DNA of 64,000 nucleotides from a candidate division WOR-3 bacterium (GCA_965649205.1 CBFGJV010000013.1:10566-74565), one strand, 5' to 3'. Positions 27,122-39,209 are shown, counted from the first letter of the stretch. The notes: a model not told the origin generated them from the sequence alone. Numbers and translations: made by a program.

Positions 27122-29332
27122 CTATTTTCTTCTCTTGTGGGTTCGGCCGCGGTCCTGTTTGTCGCGGCTGTGTCCTTCCCGTTTCGGTGGTCTGCGGGCC
27201 ACACCGGTGTCGTCCGAAGGAGGGATTTCTCCCCGCTCTTCCAGCGCCTTTTTACGGGAAAGATTAACCCGCCCCAAATCGTCAATTTCTATGACCTTTA
27301 CCCATACCTTGTCGCCAACCCGCACCACATCCTCTACCTTGTTCACCCGGTCTTCTGCGAGCTGGGAGATATGGATCATGCCTTCCTTACCCGGGAGGAC
27401 TTCCACAAAGGCGCCGAAATTCATTATGCGGGTGACAGTGCCCTGGTAGATTTTGCCCACTTCCACCTCGGCAACCAGCGATTCCACCCAGGATTTGGCT
27501 TTCTCCAGCGCCTCTGCCTTGTTGGAGGCGATGGTTACAGTGCCGTCGTCTTCGATGTCTATGGTGCAGCCGGTTTCTTCGGTGATCTTGCGAATCGTTT
27601 TGCCGCCCGGCCCGATCACCGTGCCTATCTTATCCTTGTCTATCTTCAGGAACACAATACGGGGAGCCAGACGGGATATTTCCGGCCTGGGCTTGGCCAG
27701 CGCCTGATCCATGATGTCCAGAACGTGCAACCGGGCGGCAGTGGCTCGGCGGATGCCTTCAGCCAGCACCGCATAGGGGACTCCGGGCAGTTTCAGATCC
27801 AATTGTATGGCGGTGATGCCCTGTCTGGTTCCGGCTACCTTGAAGTCCATATAGCCGTAGTGGTCTTCGTCGCCCAAGATGTCTGTGACCAGTCGGTAGG
27901 GAGCTCCCTGCGCTATGTCTCCGTCGGTGATGAGCCCCATGGCCATGCCGGCTACAGCCGCCCGTATCGGTACACCGGCATCCATTAGGGATAGAGAGCC
28001 GGCGCATACCGAGGCCATGGAAGAGCTGCCGTTGGATTCCAGAATGTCGGAAACAACCCGGATGGTGTAGGGGAAATTCTCCTCTGCGGGTATAACAGAG
28101 GCGAGAGCCCTTTCCGCCAAGTCGCCGTGACCAATGTCCCGACGGCCCGGACCCCGCAGGAATTTTACCTCTCCGACCGAGAAGGGGGGGAAGTTATAGT
28201 GGAGCATGAAACGTTTGGTTTCTTCCATTTCCAGCTCCACGTCGTCTACTATCTGTTCGTCCTGTTTGGTGCCAAGGGTGGTGGCGGCTAGCGACTGTGT
28301 CTGCCCGCGAGTAAAGAGCGCAGAACCGTGGGCGCGGGGAAGAACTCCTACCTCGCAGGTAATGGGTCGGATTTCGTCTTCTTTCCTACCGTCCAGCCGC
28401 ACACCATCCTGAAGAATGCGCCGGCGCATATCTTCGCCGAACATCGCATCCAGTACGCCCTTTATCGGCCCTTCTGAATCGGGGAACTGTTCTTCCAGTT
28501 CGGCTACCAATTTACGGGCCAGCTCGGTGCGGGCATTGCCGCGGGCGAGCTTGTCCTGAATGTCATTGGCCGCTTTTACGGCATCGGCTGCGCGTCGGCG
28601 TACTTCTGCCTCCAGTTCAGGTGCCAACAGAGGCTGGTCGGTTTTGAGTTTGGGTTTGCCGGCGAGTTTCTGCAGTTCTAGCTGCAGGTCTATCGTCTGA
28701 CGTATGACCGGAAGAGCCAGTTCCCAGCCTTTATCTATGTCTTCCGGACTGGCGTCTTTAGCCTGGCCGGCAATGGTCATTACCCGGTCGGCGATACCGA
28801 CATATATCATCCACATATCCGCTTCTTCTTCTCTGGTCATGGGCGGATTCAGGACAAACTCGTTGCCAAACTTGCCGACGCGACAGGCACCGATGGGGCC
28901 AAGGAACGGAATTTCCGACACGGTGAGAGCCGCGGAAGCGGCAATAAGACCCAGAAGTTCGCTTTCGTTTTCCAAGTCAGTGGAAAGGAGGAAGGCTACT
29001 ATTTGTGTCTCGGAGCGGAAGTTGTCTGGAAACAGGGGGCGTATGGGCCGATCAATTAGCCTGGCCGTTAACGTCTCTTTGTCCCGGGGGCGACCTTCTC
29101 GTTTGAAGAATCCTCCGGGAATTTTTCCCGCGGCATAAGCCAGTTCGCGGTAGTCAACCGTAAGGGGAAAGAAATCTTGGTAGGTTTCCAGCGGCTCCTT
29201 TTTGTAAACGGCGCTGGCCAGAATCACGGAGTCACCATACCGGGCAAGGACCGCACCGTCAGCCTGACGGGCAACGCGACCGAATTCCAATGATAAGGTC
29301 CGGCCGCAGACCTCTTGTTGTACGCGGGTCAA
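27122..29332 (-). CDS. pnp: Polyribonucleotide nucleotidyltransferase
   Basis: FFPLTVDY, RLIDRPIRP, HGSALFTRGQTQ, ESNGSSSMAS, DFKVAG, KH and S1 domains. Confidence 0.98.
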   Translation of the reverse strand: MTRVQQEVCGRTLSLEFGRVARQADGAVLARYGDSVILASAVYKKEPLETYQDFFPLTVDYRELAYAAGKIPGGFFKREGRPRDKETLTARLIDRPIRPLFPDNFRSETQIVAFLLSTDLENESELLGLIAASAALTVSEIPFLGPIGACRVGKFGNEFVLNPPMTREEEADMWMIYVGIADRVMTIAGQAKDASPEDIDKGWELALPVIRQTIDLQLELQKLAGKPKLKTDQPLLAPELEAEVRRRAADAVKAANDIQDKLARGNARTELARKLVAELEEQFPDSEGPIKGVLDAMFGEDMRRRILQDGVRLDGRKEDEIRPITCEVGVLPRAHGSALFTRGQTQSLAATTLGTKQDEQIVDDVELEMEETKRFMLHYNFPPFSVGEVKFLRGPGRRDIGHGDLAERALASVIPAEENFPYTIRVVSDILESNGSSSMASVCAGSLSLMDAGVPIRAAVAGMAMGLITDGDIAQGAPYRLVTDILGDEDHYGYMDFKVAGTRQGITAIQLDLKLPGVPYAVLAEGIRRATAARLHVLDIMDQALAKPRPEISRLAPRIVFLKIDKDKIGTVIGPGGKTIRKITEETGCTIDIEDDGTVTIASNKAEALEKAKSWVESLVAEVEVGKIYQGTVTRIMNFGAFVEVLPGKEGMIHISQLAEDRVNKVEDVVRVGDKVWVKVIEIDDLGRVNLSRKKALEERGEIPPSDDTGVARRPPKREGHSRDKQDRGRTHKRRK

Positions 29333-29334
29333 GG

Positions 29335-29604
29335 CTAGCCCCTCAACCCGAGTTCTTCCACTATTTTCTTATAGCGGTCCTTATGACGTTCGGCCAGGTA
29401 GTTCAAGTGACGGCGTCTTTCGTTGACCATCTTGATGAGGCCGCGGCGCGAATGCTTGTCTTTCTTGTGTATTTTGAGGTGTTCGCTCAACAGGCTGATA
29501 CGTTCGCTCAAAAGAGCGATTTGTACCTCCGGCGAACCCGTGTCTTTTTCGTGCAGCTGGTACGTGTGAATGAGCTGCTCCTTTTTCTCTTTTGCTATTG
29601 GCAT
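29335..29604 (-). CDS. rpsO: 30S ribosomal protein S15
   Basis: [23 protein letters not shown]. Confidence 0.98.
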   Translation of the reverse strand: MPIAKEKKEQLIHTYQLHEKDTGSPEVQIALLSERISLLSEHLKIHKKDKHSRRGLIKMVNERRRHLNYLAERHKDRYKKIVEELGLRG

Positions 29605-29626
29605 TTTTTAGTCTTCCTCCGGCCTA

Positions 29627-29654
29627 AGAATACTCAAATTCCCGACATTGTCAA
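29627..29654 (-). promoter_or_regulatory. rpsO-pnp promoter
   Basis: Minus strand TTGACA-N16-TATTCT. Confidence 0.65.
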
Positions 29655-29803
29655 TTATACATACTATCTCGCATTCATAGAATTGTCACTGTAACTATTC
29701 GCAAATACGACACATACAAGTCAGGACCAATGGCAGGCGGTAAAGATTTTACAGTATTAGCGGGCGGCTAGGGATATTTCCAGGTGCAGGGCTCGTGGTT
29801 GCG

Positions 29804-29832
29804 TTGACATAAGGGAAATAACAGCATATAAT
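29804..29832 (+). promoter_or_regulatory. tRNA-Val promoter
   Basis: TTGACA-N17-TATAAT, 9 nt before the tRNA. Confidence 0.8.
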
Positions 29833-29841
29833 AGCTACACA

Positions 29842-29915
29842 GGGCGATTAGCTCAGTTGGCTAGAGCGCCTCCCTTACAAGGAGGAGGTCATCTGTTCAA
29901 TTCAGATATCGCCCA
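29842..29915 (+). tRNA. tRNA-Val(TAC), CCA not encoded
   Basis: Acceptor GGGCGAT/ATCGCCC, D arm GCTC..GAGC, anticodon arm CCTCC-CTTACAA-GGAGG, T loop GTTCAA. Confidence 0.96.
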
Positions 29916-30180
29916 TCTTCTAACATAAACCAAGTCAACAGGTTAGATACATTCCGTCCCTAGCAGGGCAAAGGAGTTTATTTGCTGGTCTTGGAATCTA
30001 ACCGGCATTTTCGTTGGTCTAATGGTAGCGAATGGAAGGTAGTTATTTGCAGGGTTGTCTGCAAATAGTCAGTGGTAATGCTGGTTCAGCATAATCCAGC
30101 AAAGAACAGGAAGTGCCGCAGAGCCCGGCATAATTGCCGGGTCACGGGCAAAGGTGCTAAAAGTCAAACTGGAGGAAATG

Positions 30181-30474
30181 ATGAAAGTAAAACCGCTGCA
30201 GGATAGAATCCTGGTAGAGCGAGTAGAGGAGGAAGTGAGAAAAGGCGGCATCATCATCCCGGATACGGCGAAGGAAAAACCGCAGAAGGGAAAGGTGATT
30301 GCCGTCGGGCCGGGTCGCGTGGATGAAAACGGAAAGAGAATCCCGATGGATGTGGCCAAGGGCGATTATGTCCTTTTCGGCAAGTACGCGGGTAATGAGA
30401 TACGCATAGACGATAAGGAGTATCTCATTATGCGCGAGGAAGACGTCCTGGCCATTATTGAAAAGGAAAAGTAG
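30181..30474 (+). CDS. groES: Co-chaperonin GroES
   Basis: [38 protein letters not shown]. Confidence 0.98.
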   Translation: MKVKPLQDRILVERVEEEVRKGGIIIPDTAKEKPQKGKVIAVGPGRVDENGKRIPMDVAKGDYVLFGKYAGNEIRIDDKEYLIMREEDVLAIIEKEK

Positions 30475-30485
30475 AGGAGGACTGA

Positions 30486-32138
<1,653 letters not shown>

Positions 32139-32145
32139 ACTCAGA

Positions 32146-32240
32146 ACGGTGGCCAGGTGACCGGGCAGTCGGGTGTTGAGTTTCCGCAAGCAGCGAGCGG
32201 GACACCTGATTACCTGGTCACCTGGTTGCCCGATTACCGT
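32146..32240. repeat. Long hairpin built from degenerate 8-mer repeats
   Basis: 32151-32177 pairs with 32201-32227 (one mismatch, several G-U); right arm ACCTGATT ACCTGGTC ACCTGGTT GCCCGATT. Confidence 0.8.
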
Positions 32241-32253
32241 AGAGGTTAGAACC

Positions 32254-32520
32254 ATGCCTACCTACGAATACGAATGCAGGAAATGCGGCCACCGGTTTGA
32301 CGTGTTTCAGCGTATAGTGGACCCGCCGGTGAAAAACTGTCCCCGGTGCAAGAAAAGGTCCTGCGTGGAACAGATCATATCCGGTGGCAGCGGTCTTATC
32401 TTCAAAGGGTCGGGCTTCTATATCACCGATTACAAGAAAAACTCCTCACCGCCGGACGACGGAAAGGGAAAACCACCTGCAGAAGGTAAGAGTTCGGCGG
32501 ACACCCAGAACAAAAACTAG
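32254..32520 (+). CDS. FmdB family zinc-ribbon protein
   Basis: MPTYEYEC..CGH.F, CP.C, IFKGSGFYITDY. Confidence 0.92.
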   Translation: MPTYEYECRKCGHRFDVFQRIVDPPVKNCPRCKKRSCVEQIISGGSGLIFKGSGFYITDYKKNSSPPDDGKGKPPAEGKSSADTQNKN

Positions 32521-32886
32521 AAACGGCCGCGGGCCGCTGGAATAAGGTTGGAGTACAGGACCGCGCGGCCTGTTTTGTCGTATTACGGATGGCATATTTA
32601 GCGACCCTGTTACTCGGGGATTTGAGTGGGAAAATAGGAGCCCAAGCATGTACCAGCTTATCCCTGTGGTTTCACAGACGAAAATCGTCTTCTTGACATA
32701 ATGTGTCATCCTGGTATAACGCGTTGTTGGCGGAAGCGTGCCACAAAGTGCGTTTGGGTGCAACACCCGGACGAGACAGCAGAATTCCATTGAGTGAAAA
32801 GATACCCGTTTCAACGGCGGCACCGGTATATTTTGAGGAACTCAAGTCTTAGGTGCGACACGGCTGGTAGAGATGCAGGAGGTACT

Positions 32887-33570
32887 ATGATGAAGTTTAG
32901 GTCGCGGGTTGTTTTCGTTCTGGTTCTGCTTGTGGGATGGGCGCTAGCTGAGGGCTTTCAGGTCATCTATCTCGCGAACGGAACCTCTGTCAGGGGCATC
33001 GTCGCGAGAGAAGGGGTAGATACGCTCTATGTGGAAACAGGCTATGGCCGACTTGGTATTCCGAAAGCGAGGGTGCTGGGAATGGACTACGTTCAGGACA
33101 CCGGTCAGTTCTCGCTGGGACCACGGGTGGGCGGGTTGGACTGCGGCAACTCGTGCAGTCCAAAGCCTAAGAATACATGTTTGGGTTGCTTGTTTTGCTG
33201 GCTTGTGCCGGGGGCGGGCATGCTGTACGCTGAACAGTACGCGGGGGCTGCCGGGTACTTTTTGTTCTGTACGCCGTTGACCGTCTGGTACGCGATTGAG
33301 GCCAAGTCGGATCGAGGCGATAGAAGCCACCCTCCGATTCTAGCCATTTTGGTTCCCATTCGCATTCTAGAGTGCATCCATACATACGTCGCTGTCCAGA
33401 GCTACAATGAGACGCATGGATGGGCGTTCAATTGGAACAAGCATCAACACACTGCCGGGCTTGAATATAGATTTGGTCCGATTGGAACAGATATGCAGCC
33501 CGCATTGGCACTGGATTTCTCCGCCGACCGTCCAGAGGTCAAGGCCGGCGTCAAGTTGTGGTTTCAGTAG
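32887..33570 (+). CDS. Hypothetical exported/membrane protein
   Basis: GGAGG SD; signal peptide; IYLANG..VRG.V small beta-domain; TM2-like LVPGAG.LY segment; C-terminal amphipathic strands. Confidence 0.7.
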   Translation: MMKFRSRVVFVLVLLVGWALAEGFQVIYLANGTSVRGIVAREGVDTLYVETGYGRLGIPKARVLGMDYVQDTGQFSLGPRVGGLDCGNSCSPKPKNTCLGCLFCWLVPGAGMLYAEQYAGAAGYFLFCTPLTVWYAIEAKSDRGDRSHPPILAILVPIRILECIHTYVAVQSYNETHGWAFNWNKHQHTAGLEYRFGPIGTDMQPALALDFSADRPEVKAGVKLWFQ

Positions 33571-33990
33571 TCGAATCGTCTCTGGATGGCCACGTTGTAA
33601 AGGAGGGCGGCGACCGGAAAGATGTTGCCCGCAGAATGCTGTTCATCGCCAGTATTACTCAAATGTGAGTCTTGGAGAGAGAAGTAAGGAGGTCGGGTTT
33701 GCGGTGATAGATAATGTCCTGTACGGCAGTTATCTTCCGGCCGGCGTTGCGGAACCCGAAGCTGAAATACTTCCGGCTAGTGCGTGTGAAATGGATTAAA
33801 CTCTCTCAGGTATTTTGGCTGCTATGGAGTGTGCTTGTTTAGGTCAGGACTAAAGAAAGTTCTTGACAACCTGTCTTTTTAAGCTCCCACAGGTTTGCGT
33901 CTTTTCTGACGAAAAGACTGTTTTCGGGGCAGATTATTTCTGAGGAAAGTCGCTGTCTTGACATAGCCAAGCTTTAGTATATAAGTTGTC

Positions 33991-35187
33991 GTGCGAGTTC
34001 TCGCTTTAGACCATCAGGCTGACCTGGAAACTGAGCTGGCGCGAGTGGGCGCAGACCCGGCGTCGTGGTCAATTTTTGCGGCCAAGGCAGAGGTATTGCC
34101 GATATGGATTGATAAACTGTCTACTGCCGGGGCAAATATACTGAAACAGACAGCTCTGGCCTGCGGCGGGGATTGCGCCGTCCATTCCGGTACTGTGGGG
34201 GGCAGGGTAAGATATACGAGCGCAATCCTGTTTCTGAATCGTAGACAATTGAAGAATCTGACTGACAGGTTGTTGCAGCAGCCGAATTGTGTGGCTGCAC
34301 TGGTTCCGCAGTTGATTGCTCTGGATAATGCGTTTCACCAGCAGGAATTCCGTATGAGCGTGGGGGGTAGGACGTTTGACTTGGGGTCACGTACTTATGT
34401 CATGGGCGTGCTCAATGTTACGCCGGATTCCTTTTACGACGGCGGCAGGTATCTGGAGCCGAAGAATGCTGTAGAACAGGCAGTGAAGCTGGAGCAGGAA
34501 GGAGCTGATTTTCTGGATGTTGGTGCCGAGTCAACCAGGCCGGGGGCGAAGCCGGTTCCGGCCCGTGAGCAAATTTCTCGTCTGCGGCCGGTGCTGAAAG
34601 AGCTGCGAAGAAAGGTCAAGATTCCTCTTTCAATTGACACCACCAATGCGGAAGTGGCAAGAATGGCTCTGGACGCGGGCTGCCACATGGTCAATGACAT
34701 ATCCGGTTTTGGTTTCGACCCGGGCATGGCAAAATTGGTTGCTGTCACGGGCGTGCCGTGCGTGGTGATGCATATGCGCGGTACACCCAGAACGATGCAA
34801 AAGAATCCCCGTTACAGAAACCTGATGCAGGAAATAATCACCAGATTGAAAGAGGCGATAGATAGAGCAGGGCAGGTTGGCGTGAAGCCTGAGCAGATTA
34901 TTGTAGACCCCGGCATAGGGTTCGGTAAGAAACTGGAACACAATCTTGAAATTCTGCGTCGGCTGACCGAGTTGCGTTCTCTGGGTCGGCCCATCCTGGT
35001 GGGACCTTCGCGCAAATCCTTCATTGCCGGAGTGACAGGGCTGGAACCGCAGGAACGCCTGGAGGGTACCCTGGCCGCGGTGGTACTCGCAGCACAGAGG
35101 GGAGCGAACATTGTACGGGTGCATGATGTACGGGAAGCGGTGCGCGCGTTGCGGGTGGTAGATGCAATAGAGGGAAAGGGCAGATAG
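33991..35187 (+). CDS. folP: Dihydropteroate synthase with an ~130-aa N-terminal extension
   Basis: MGVLNVTPDSF.DGG, GAESTRPG, SIDT, DPGIGFGK, SRKSF, RVHDV. Confidence 0.95.
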   Translation: MRVLALDHQADLETELARVGADPASWSIFAAKAEVLPIWIDKLSTAGANILKQTALACGGDCAVHSGTVGGRVRYTSAILFLNRRQLKNLTDRLLQQPNCVAALVPQLIALDNAFHQQEFRMSVGGRTFDLGSRTYVMGVLNVTPDSFYDGGRYLEPKNAVEQAVKLEQEGADFLDVGAESTRPGAKPVPAREQISRLRPVLKELRRKVKIPLSIDTTNAEVARMALDAGCHMVNDISGFGFDPGMAKLVAVTGVPCVVMHMRGTPRTMQKNPRYRNLMQEIITRLKEAIDRAGQVGVKPEQIIVDPGIGFGKKLEHNLEILRRLTELRSLGRPILVGPSRKSFIAGVTGLEPQERLEGTLAAVVLAAQRGANIVRVHDVREAVRALRVVDAIEGKGR

Positions 35188-35951
35188 TGTTGTATCTATC
35201 CTTCCTTAAGTTCAGGTTGGTTGATGCGGTGGACGTTCTTATCGTGGCGCTCATAGTGTTTTACTTCTTGCGGTTCTTGAAAGGTACTAGGGCAATCAGG
35301 ATGCTTTACACACTTCTGTTCCTAGTGGCCGTGTCTCTCGTGGCTCGCTGGTTGGACTTCCGGGCTTTGGGTTTGATAGTGAATTCTCTGACCACTTTGT
35401 GGATAGTGGCATTCGTCATTATTTTCCAGCCGGAGATACGCAATATGCTGGCCAGGGTGGGAAGATTGCGTCCTCTGCGTTTTTTGCTGAAACAGGAGGC
35501 GAGCCGGGAAGTGCTGGAAGAGCTGGTGGAAGCTGCAGTACAGATGAAAGAGAATCGTATTGGTGGTTTGGTGGTGATTGAGCGGGACTTAGGTATCAGA
35601 GAGTACGCAGATACCGGAACACGTCTGGACGCAAAGGTGTCGTCTGCCTTGATTGTTTCCATTTTTACCCCGCCTTCACCTCTGCACGATGGTGCGGTTA
35701 TCGTGGTGGGCGACCATATTGTGGCCGCGGGCTGTACTTTGCCCTTGAGTGACGTGGCATATCAGGATGGTTTTCTGGGAATGAGACACCGCGCCGCGCT
35801 GGGAATAGCCACGGTGTCTGACGCCGTGGCTATTGTCGTCTCTGAAACCACCGGAAGAATTAGTTTTGCCAATCGCGGAAGATTGATATTGAATTTGACC
35901 ACTTCCCAACTCCGTTATAATATGACGCAAGCCCTTCTAAAGGAGGCCTAG
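35187..35951 (+). CDS. cdaA: Diadenylate cyclase CdaA
   Basis: Three N-terminal TM helices, FQPEIR, SPLHDGA, GMRHRAA, VSETTG. Confidence 0.95.
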   Translation: MLYLSFLKFRLVDAVDVLIVALIVFYFLRFLKGTRAIRMLYTLLFLVAVSLVARWLDFRALGLIVNSLTTLWIVAFVIIFQPEIRNMLARVGRLRPLRFLLKQEASREVLEELVEAAVQMKENRIGGLVVIERDLGIREYADTGTRLDAKVSSALIVSIFTPPSPLHDGAVIVVGDHIVAAGCTLPLSDVAYQDGFLGMRHRAALGIATVSDAVAIVVSETTGRISFANRGRLILNLTTSQLRYNMTQALLKEA

Positions 35952-35954
35952 TTT

Positions 35955-38792
35955 ATGACTGAGCGCCAGGTGCGCATTATTGTTTTCGTACTGATCTTTC
36001 TGGTAGTAGGTGGAGTCTATCTGTATTCGGCCGCGCCTACTGCGTCTTTCTGGGATTGTGGCGAGTTTATCGCCTGCTCATACGTTCTGGGTATTCCTCA
36101 CCCTCCCGGAACCCCTCTGTTTGTGGCCATTGGGCGGCTGTTTACGCTTCTGCCAATTGGTCGAGAGGTGGCTTTCCGGGTGAATCTCATTCCCGTCTTG
36201 TTTGGCGCATTTTCATGCGGACTCATCTACCTTATCGTGCTCAGGCTGATTTCTTATTACTCCGACAAGGACCGTTTTCCCTGGCTCAAGCATGTGGCAG
36301 GAGTGTTGGCGGCGCTGGCTTGCGGGTTTGCGTATTCCTACTGGGATAACTGTGTGGAGGCGGAGGTATATGCGCCCTGTGTGGTGGTGGCTCTGACTGT
36401 GCTCTATATGGCGCTGCACTGGCGAACGAAAGTGGAAACGGCTACAGGAGACAACCGGCTGATATTGCTTGCCATATTTATTCTGTTTCTTTCCACCGGC
36501 ATTCACTTTACGCCCATGCTGGTAGTATTTTCTGTAGTCATATTTGCGCTGATAGTGGACCGCGATTCCATACTGCAGCTGCGACTATTCGAGTTTGTGA
36601 TGGGGTTTCTGATAATCTTGAGCGTGAACGCTATGGGCGGAGATGGAGCCGAAGCAGGTATACTCAAGGCGGTAGTAGCGGCGCTGATGCTGGCAACGAC
36701 TTGGTTTGGTATCCGGGTTATAGAGCGCTCACAGAACAATGTGTCTGTGTTGTGGGGACTATGTCTTTTGGCGATTTCGTTTGGCATCGGATACGTGGCT
36801 TCGGGTGGGGACGTGATGGACAATACTGTGTTGTTTCTGGCATCTCCGGCTGTCGCTTTCATAGAGATGTGGGTGGAGTCCAAGATACTCCTCATACTGT
36901 TTGTGTTGGGTTATGGAGGCTATCTGGCCTGGTTGCACTCTCAGGGTAAGCTGAGACCCGGGTATGTGGGTCTGATGCTCGGCCTGATTTTTGTGGCAAG
37001 TTCTGTACAGTTTTTCTTGTTGGTGCGGGCAAAAGTGGGACCGCCCATCAACGAAGTAGACCCGTCGAACTGGCGAGATTTTGTTTCGGTATTGAGACGT
37101 GAACAATATGACCCGATGAAGCTGTATCCGCGTAAGACGATGTTTCTTACTGAGGATGACTACCGGCAGAACATAAACGCACGCTACAGTTTCTTGGTGG
37201 GCTATTTCGAACAGATTAAGTTCTACGTACGGTACTTCCTCTGGCAGTGGGGCAACGAGAGGTTTTTCGACATATTTCTGGGTGTGAAGTGGCAAGCCCT
37301 TTTGGGTCTGATACCGCCGTTGTTGGGTATCTGGGGCATGTGGCATCAGTTCAAAAAAGAGAAGAAGTCTTTTGTTCTTATATTTATTGCCTTTCTGGTT
37401 GCTTCTCTGGTGCTTCTTACTTATCTCAATCTTAAGTACTCGCCCTCTGACCCCCGGCCGCATTTACGTTTCCGGGAGGTCCGCGAACGTGACTACTTCT
37501 TCGCCTTTTCCTTTGTGTTCTATACCATATTCGTGGGGATAGGCGCCTACGCTTTTCTGCGCTGGATAACCGAACAACTACGAGCCAAGAAGGTAATGGT
37601 AGTCGGACTTTCTTCCTTGACTATTGCCTACGGATTTGTGCCCATGTTTCTGAATTACGATACGGTTACGCGCAGGCACAACTGGATACCGGCAGAATAC
37701 GGATACAATATGCTGGTCTCCTGCCCGGGCGAACATGCGGTTCTGTTTACCAACGGCGATAACGATACTTTCCCCCTGTGGTTTATGCAGACCGTTCCTT
37801 CCCAGGTTGCCGGTCTGGACCCCAACTTTGGCAAGAACGTGGCTGTGGCCAACCTTTCTCTGCTCAACACCAATTGGTATTGTCGGCAGCTTAAACGCTG
37901 GGGAGCGCCGATTTCCTTTACGGAAGAAGAGATAGACCGACTGCCGCAGGGATTTGTCGGACAGAACGGACGAACTGTTCTTTTGAAGGACATAATGATA
38001 CGGGACATAGTGGCTACGAGCGCAGGGGTAAAGTTGCGCTGGCCGGATGACTATGGCTCCAGTTCTAAGGAGTTTATGGCCAAAGTTTTTACGCCAGACT
38101 ATAAACCCAAGACACCGGTTTACTTTGCGACTACGGTTTCCAGTGATAATCTGCAGGATGTGGAGCCGTATCTGCGGTTGGAGGGATTGGTGAACCGGGT
38201 GGTGCCGGAGCGCGGACAGCGACAGGTTGATGTTGAACGCACCCGAGAATTGCTGTTTGAGGTATACAAGATGAACTCTATGCTGGACAAGCGGGTGAAG
38301 AAGGATGAGAACACGCGTGGACTACTTATCAACTACGCGGCAAGTTATCTGGCGCTGGCGCAGGAATACCAGCGCATGGGCCGTAATCGGGAAGCGCAGG
38401 AGGTGATGACCAAGGCTTTGGCTTTTGACCTGGATAGAGAACGAAAGATACCTCTCTACTACCATTTGTCTATTTTTGCCATGCTGAACGGAGATTTTGA
38501 CAATGCTTTGGTCTATCTTGACTCTATTCAGGCGCAGGGATTTGACGACCCGGAATTTATGCTGCGGCGGGGTTTGGCTTACCAAGGTAAGGGAGACTAC
38601 GCGCGAGCCGAGCAGTATTATCGTCAAGCAGCCGAGGCGTCGCCGGAAAGGCCGGAGCCGGTACAGGCTCTCTATAAGCTATATCTGGAAGACATGCATG
38701 ATACAGCGCGGGCATGGGCGGTACTCGAAGGTTGGCTACAGCGGGTGCCGAATGACAGCGTGGCCAGGAATATACTGAAAAACATTCGTTAG
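35955..38792 (+). CDS. DUF2723 (TMEM260-like GT-C glycosyltransferase) membrane protein with C-terminal TPRs
   Basis: SFWDCGEFI, HPPGTPL, EAEVY, RERDYFF, FTNGDNDTFPLW, NLSLLNTNWY. Confidence 0.92.
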   Translation: MTERQVRIIVFVLIFLVVGGVYLYSAAPTASFWDCGEFIACSYVLGIPHPPGTPLFVAIGRLFTLLPIGREVAFRVNLIPVLFGAFSCGLIYLIVLRLISYYSDKDRFPWLKHVAGVLAALACGFAYSYWDNCVEAEVYAPCVVVALTVLYMALHWRTKVETATGDNRLILLAIFILFLSTGIHFTPMLVVFSVVIFALIVDRDSILQLRLFEFVMGFLIILSVNAMGGDGAEAGILKAVVAALMLATTWFGIRVIERSQNNVSVLWGLCLLAISFGIGYVASGGDVMDNTVLFLASPAVAFIEMWVESKILLILFVLGYGGYLAWLHSQGKLRPGYVGLMLGLIFVASSVQFFLLVRAKVGPPINEVDPSNWRDFVSVLRREQYDPMKLYPRKTMFLTEDDYRQNINARYSFLVGYFEQIKFYVRYFLWQWGNERFFDIFLGVKWQALLGLIPPLLGIWGMWHQFKKEKKSFVLIFIAFLVASLVLLTYLNLKYSPSDPRPHLRFREVRERDYFFAFSFVFYTIFVGIGAYAFLRWITEQLRAKKVMVVGLSSLTIAYGFVPMFLNYDTVTRRHNWIPAEYGYNMLVSCPGEHAVLFTNGDNDTFPLWFMQTVPSQVAGLDPNFGKNVAVANLSLLNTNWYCRQLKRWGAPISFTEEEIDRLPQGFVGQNGRTVLLKDIMIRDIVATSAGVKLRWPDDYGSSSKEFMAKVFTPDYKPKTPVYFATTVSSDNLQDVEPYLRLEGLVNRVVPERGQRQVDVERTRELLFEVYKMNSMLDKRVKKDENTRGLLINYAASYLALAQEYQRMGRNREAQEVMTKALAFDLDRERKIPLYYHLSIFAMLNGDFDNALVYLDSIQAQGFDDPEFMLRRGLAYQGKGDYARAEQYYRQAAEASPERPEPVQALYKLYLEDMHDTARAWAVLEGWLQRVPNDSVARNILKNIR

Positions 38793-38808
38793 CCGTCCAG
38801 TCTCTTTC

Positions 38809-39195
38809 ATGCATGAGTTGACCGTGACCAGGCACATGCTGGAGCAGGTATTGACTGAGGCCCGCAGGATAGGAGCGGAACGTGTTACCAAAATAAACCT
38901 TGTGGTGGGCAGAGAAGCAGGGGTGGTACCAGATTGCGTTCGCTTCTATTTTGACCTTCTGAAGCCAGGCACGGTGGCCGCTGAAGCAGAACTATGCTTC
39001 AGAATTACTTCTCTACGGCTTAGATGTCGTTCTTGTCAGAAGGAGTTTTCCACACTAGAGCATATGTGCGAGTGCAATTGCGGAGCGGATATCATAAGCG
39101 GCCAGGAGTTGGTTATTGAGAGTATAGAAATAGCCAATTTACCTGTTGAAAGTTCGACCGCACAAGGGCAGGTTACAGAACTAGCAGCAGGGTAG
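38809..39195 (+). CDS. hypA: Nickel metallochaperone HypA
   Basis: MHE start, I.LVVG...GV, CRSC, G.EL.I.SIE. Confidence 0.88.
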   Translation: MHELTVTRHMLEQVLTEARRIGAERVTKINLVVGREAGVVPDCVRFYFDLLKPGTVAAEAELCFRITSLRLRCRSCQKEFSTLEHMCECNCGADIISGQELVIESIEIANLPVESSTAQGQVTELAAG

Positions 39196-39209
39196 GTTAA
39201 GGCGGGGTT

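Noticed and set aside
29916..30120. Integrated element at tRNA-Val or tRNA-Leu
   Set aside because: No integrase and no duplicated tRNA 3' end found in the window.
30133..30159. CIRCE/HrcA operator before groES
   Set aside because: Only the right half resembles the consensus (AGGTGCTAA); the left arm does not match TTAGCACTC.
33407..33799. 130-aa ORF overlapping the 32887 gene
   Set aside because: Out-of-frame overlap and no recognisable features.
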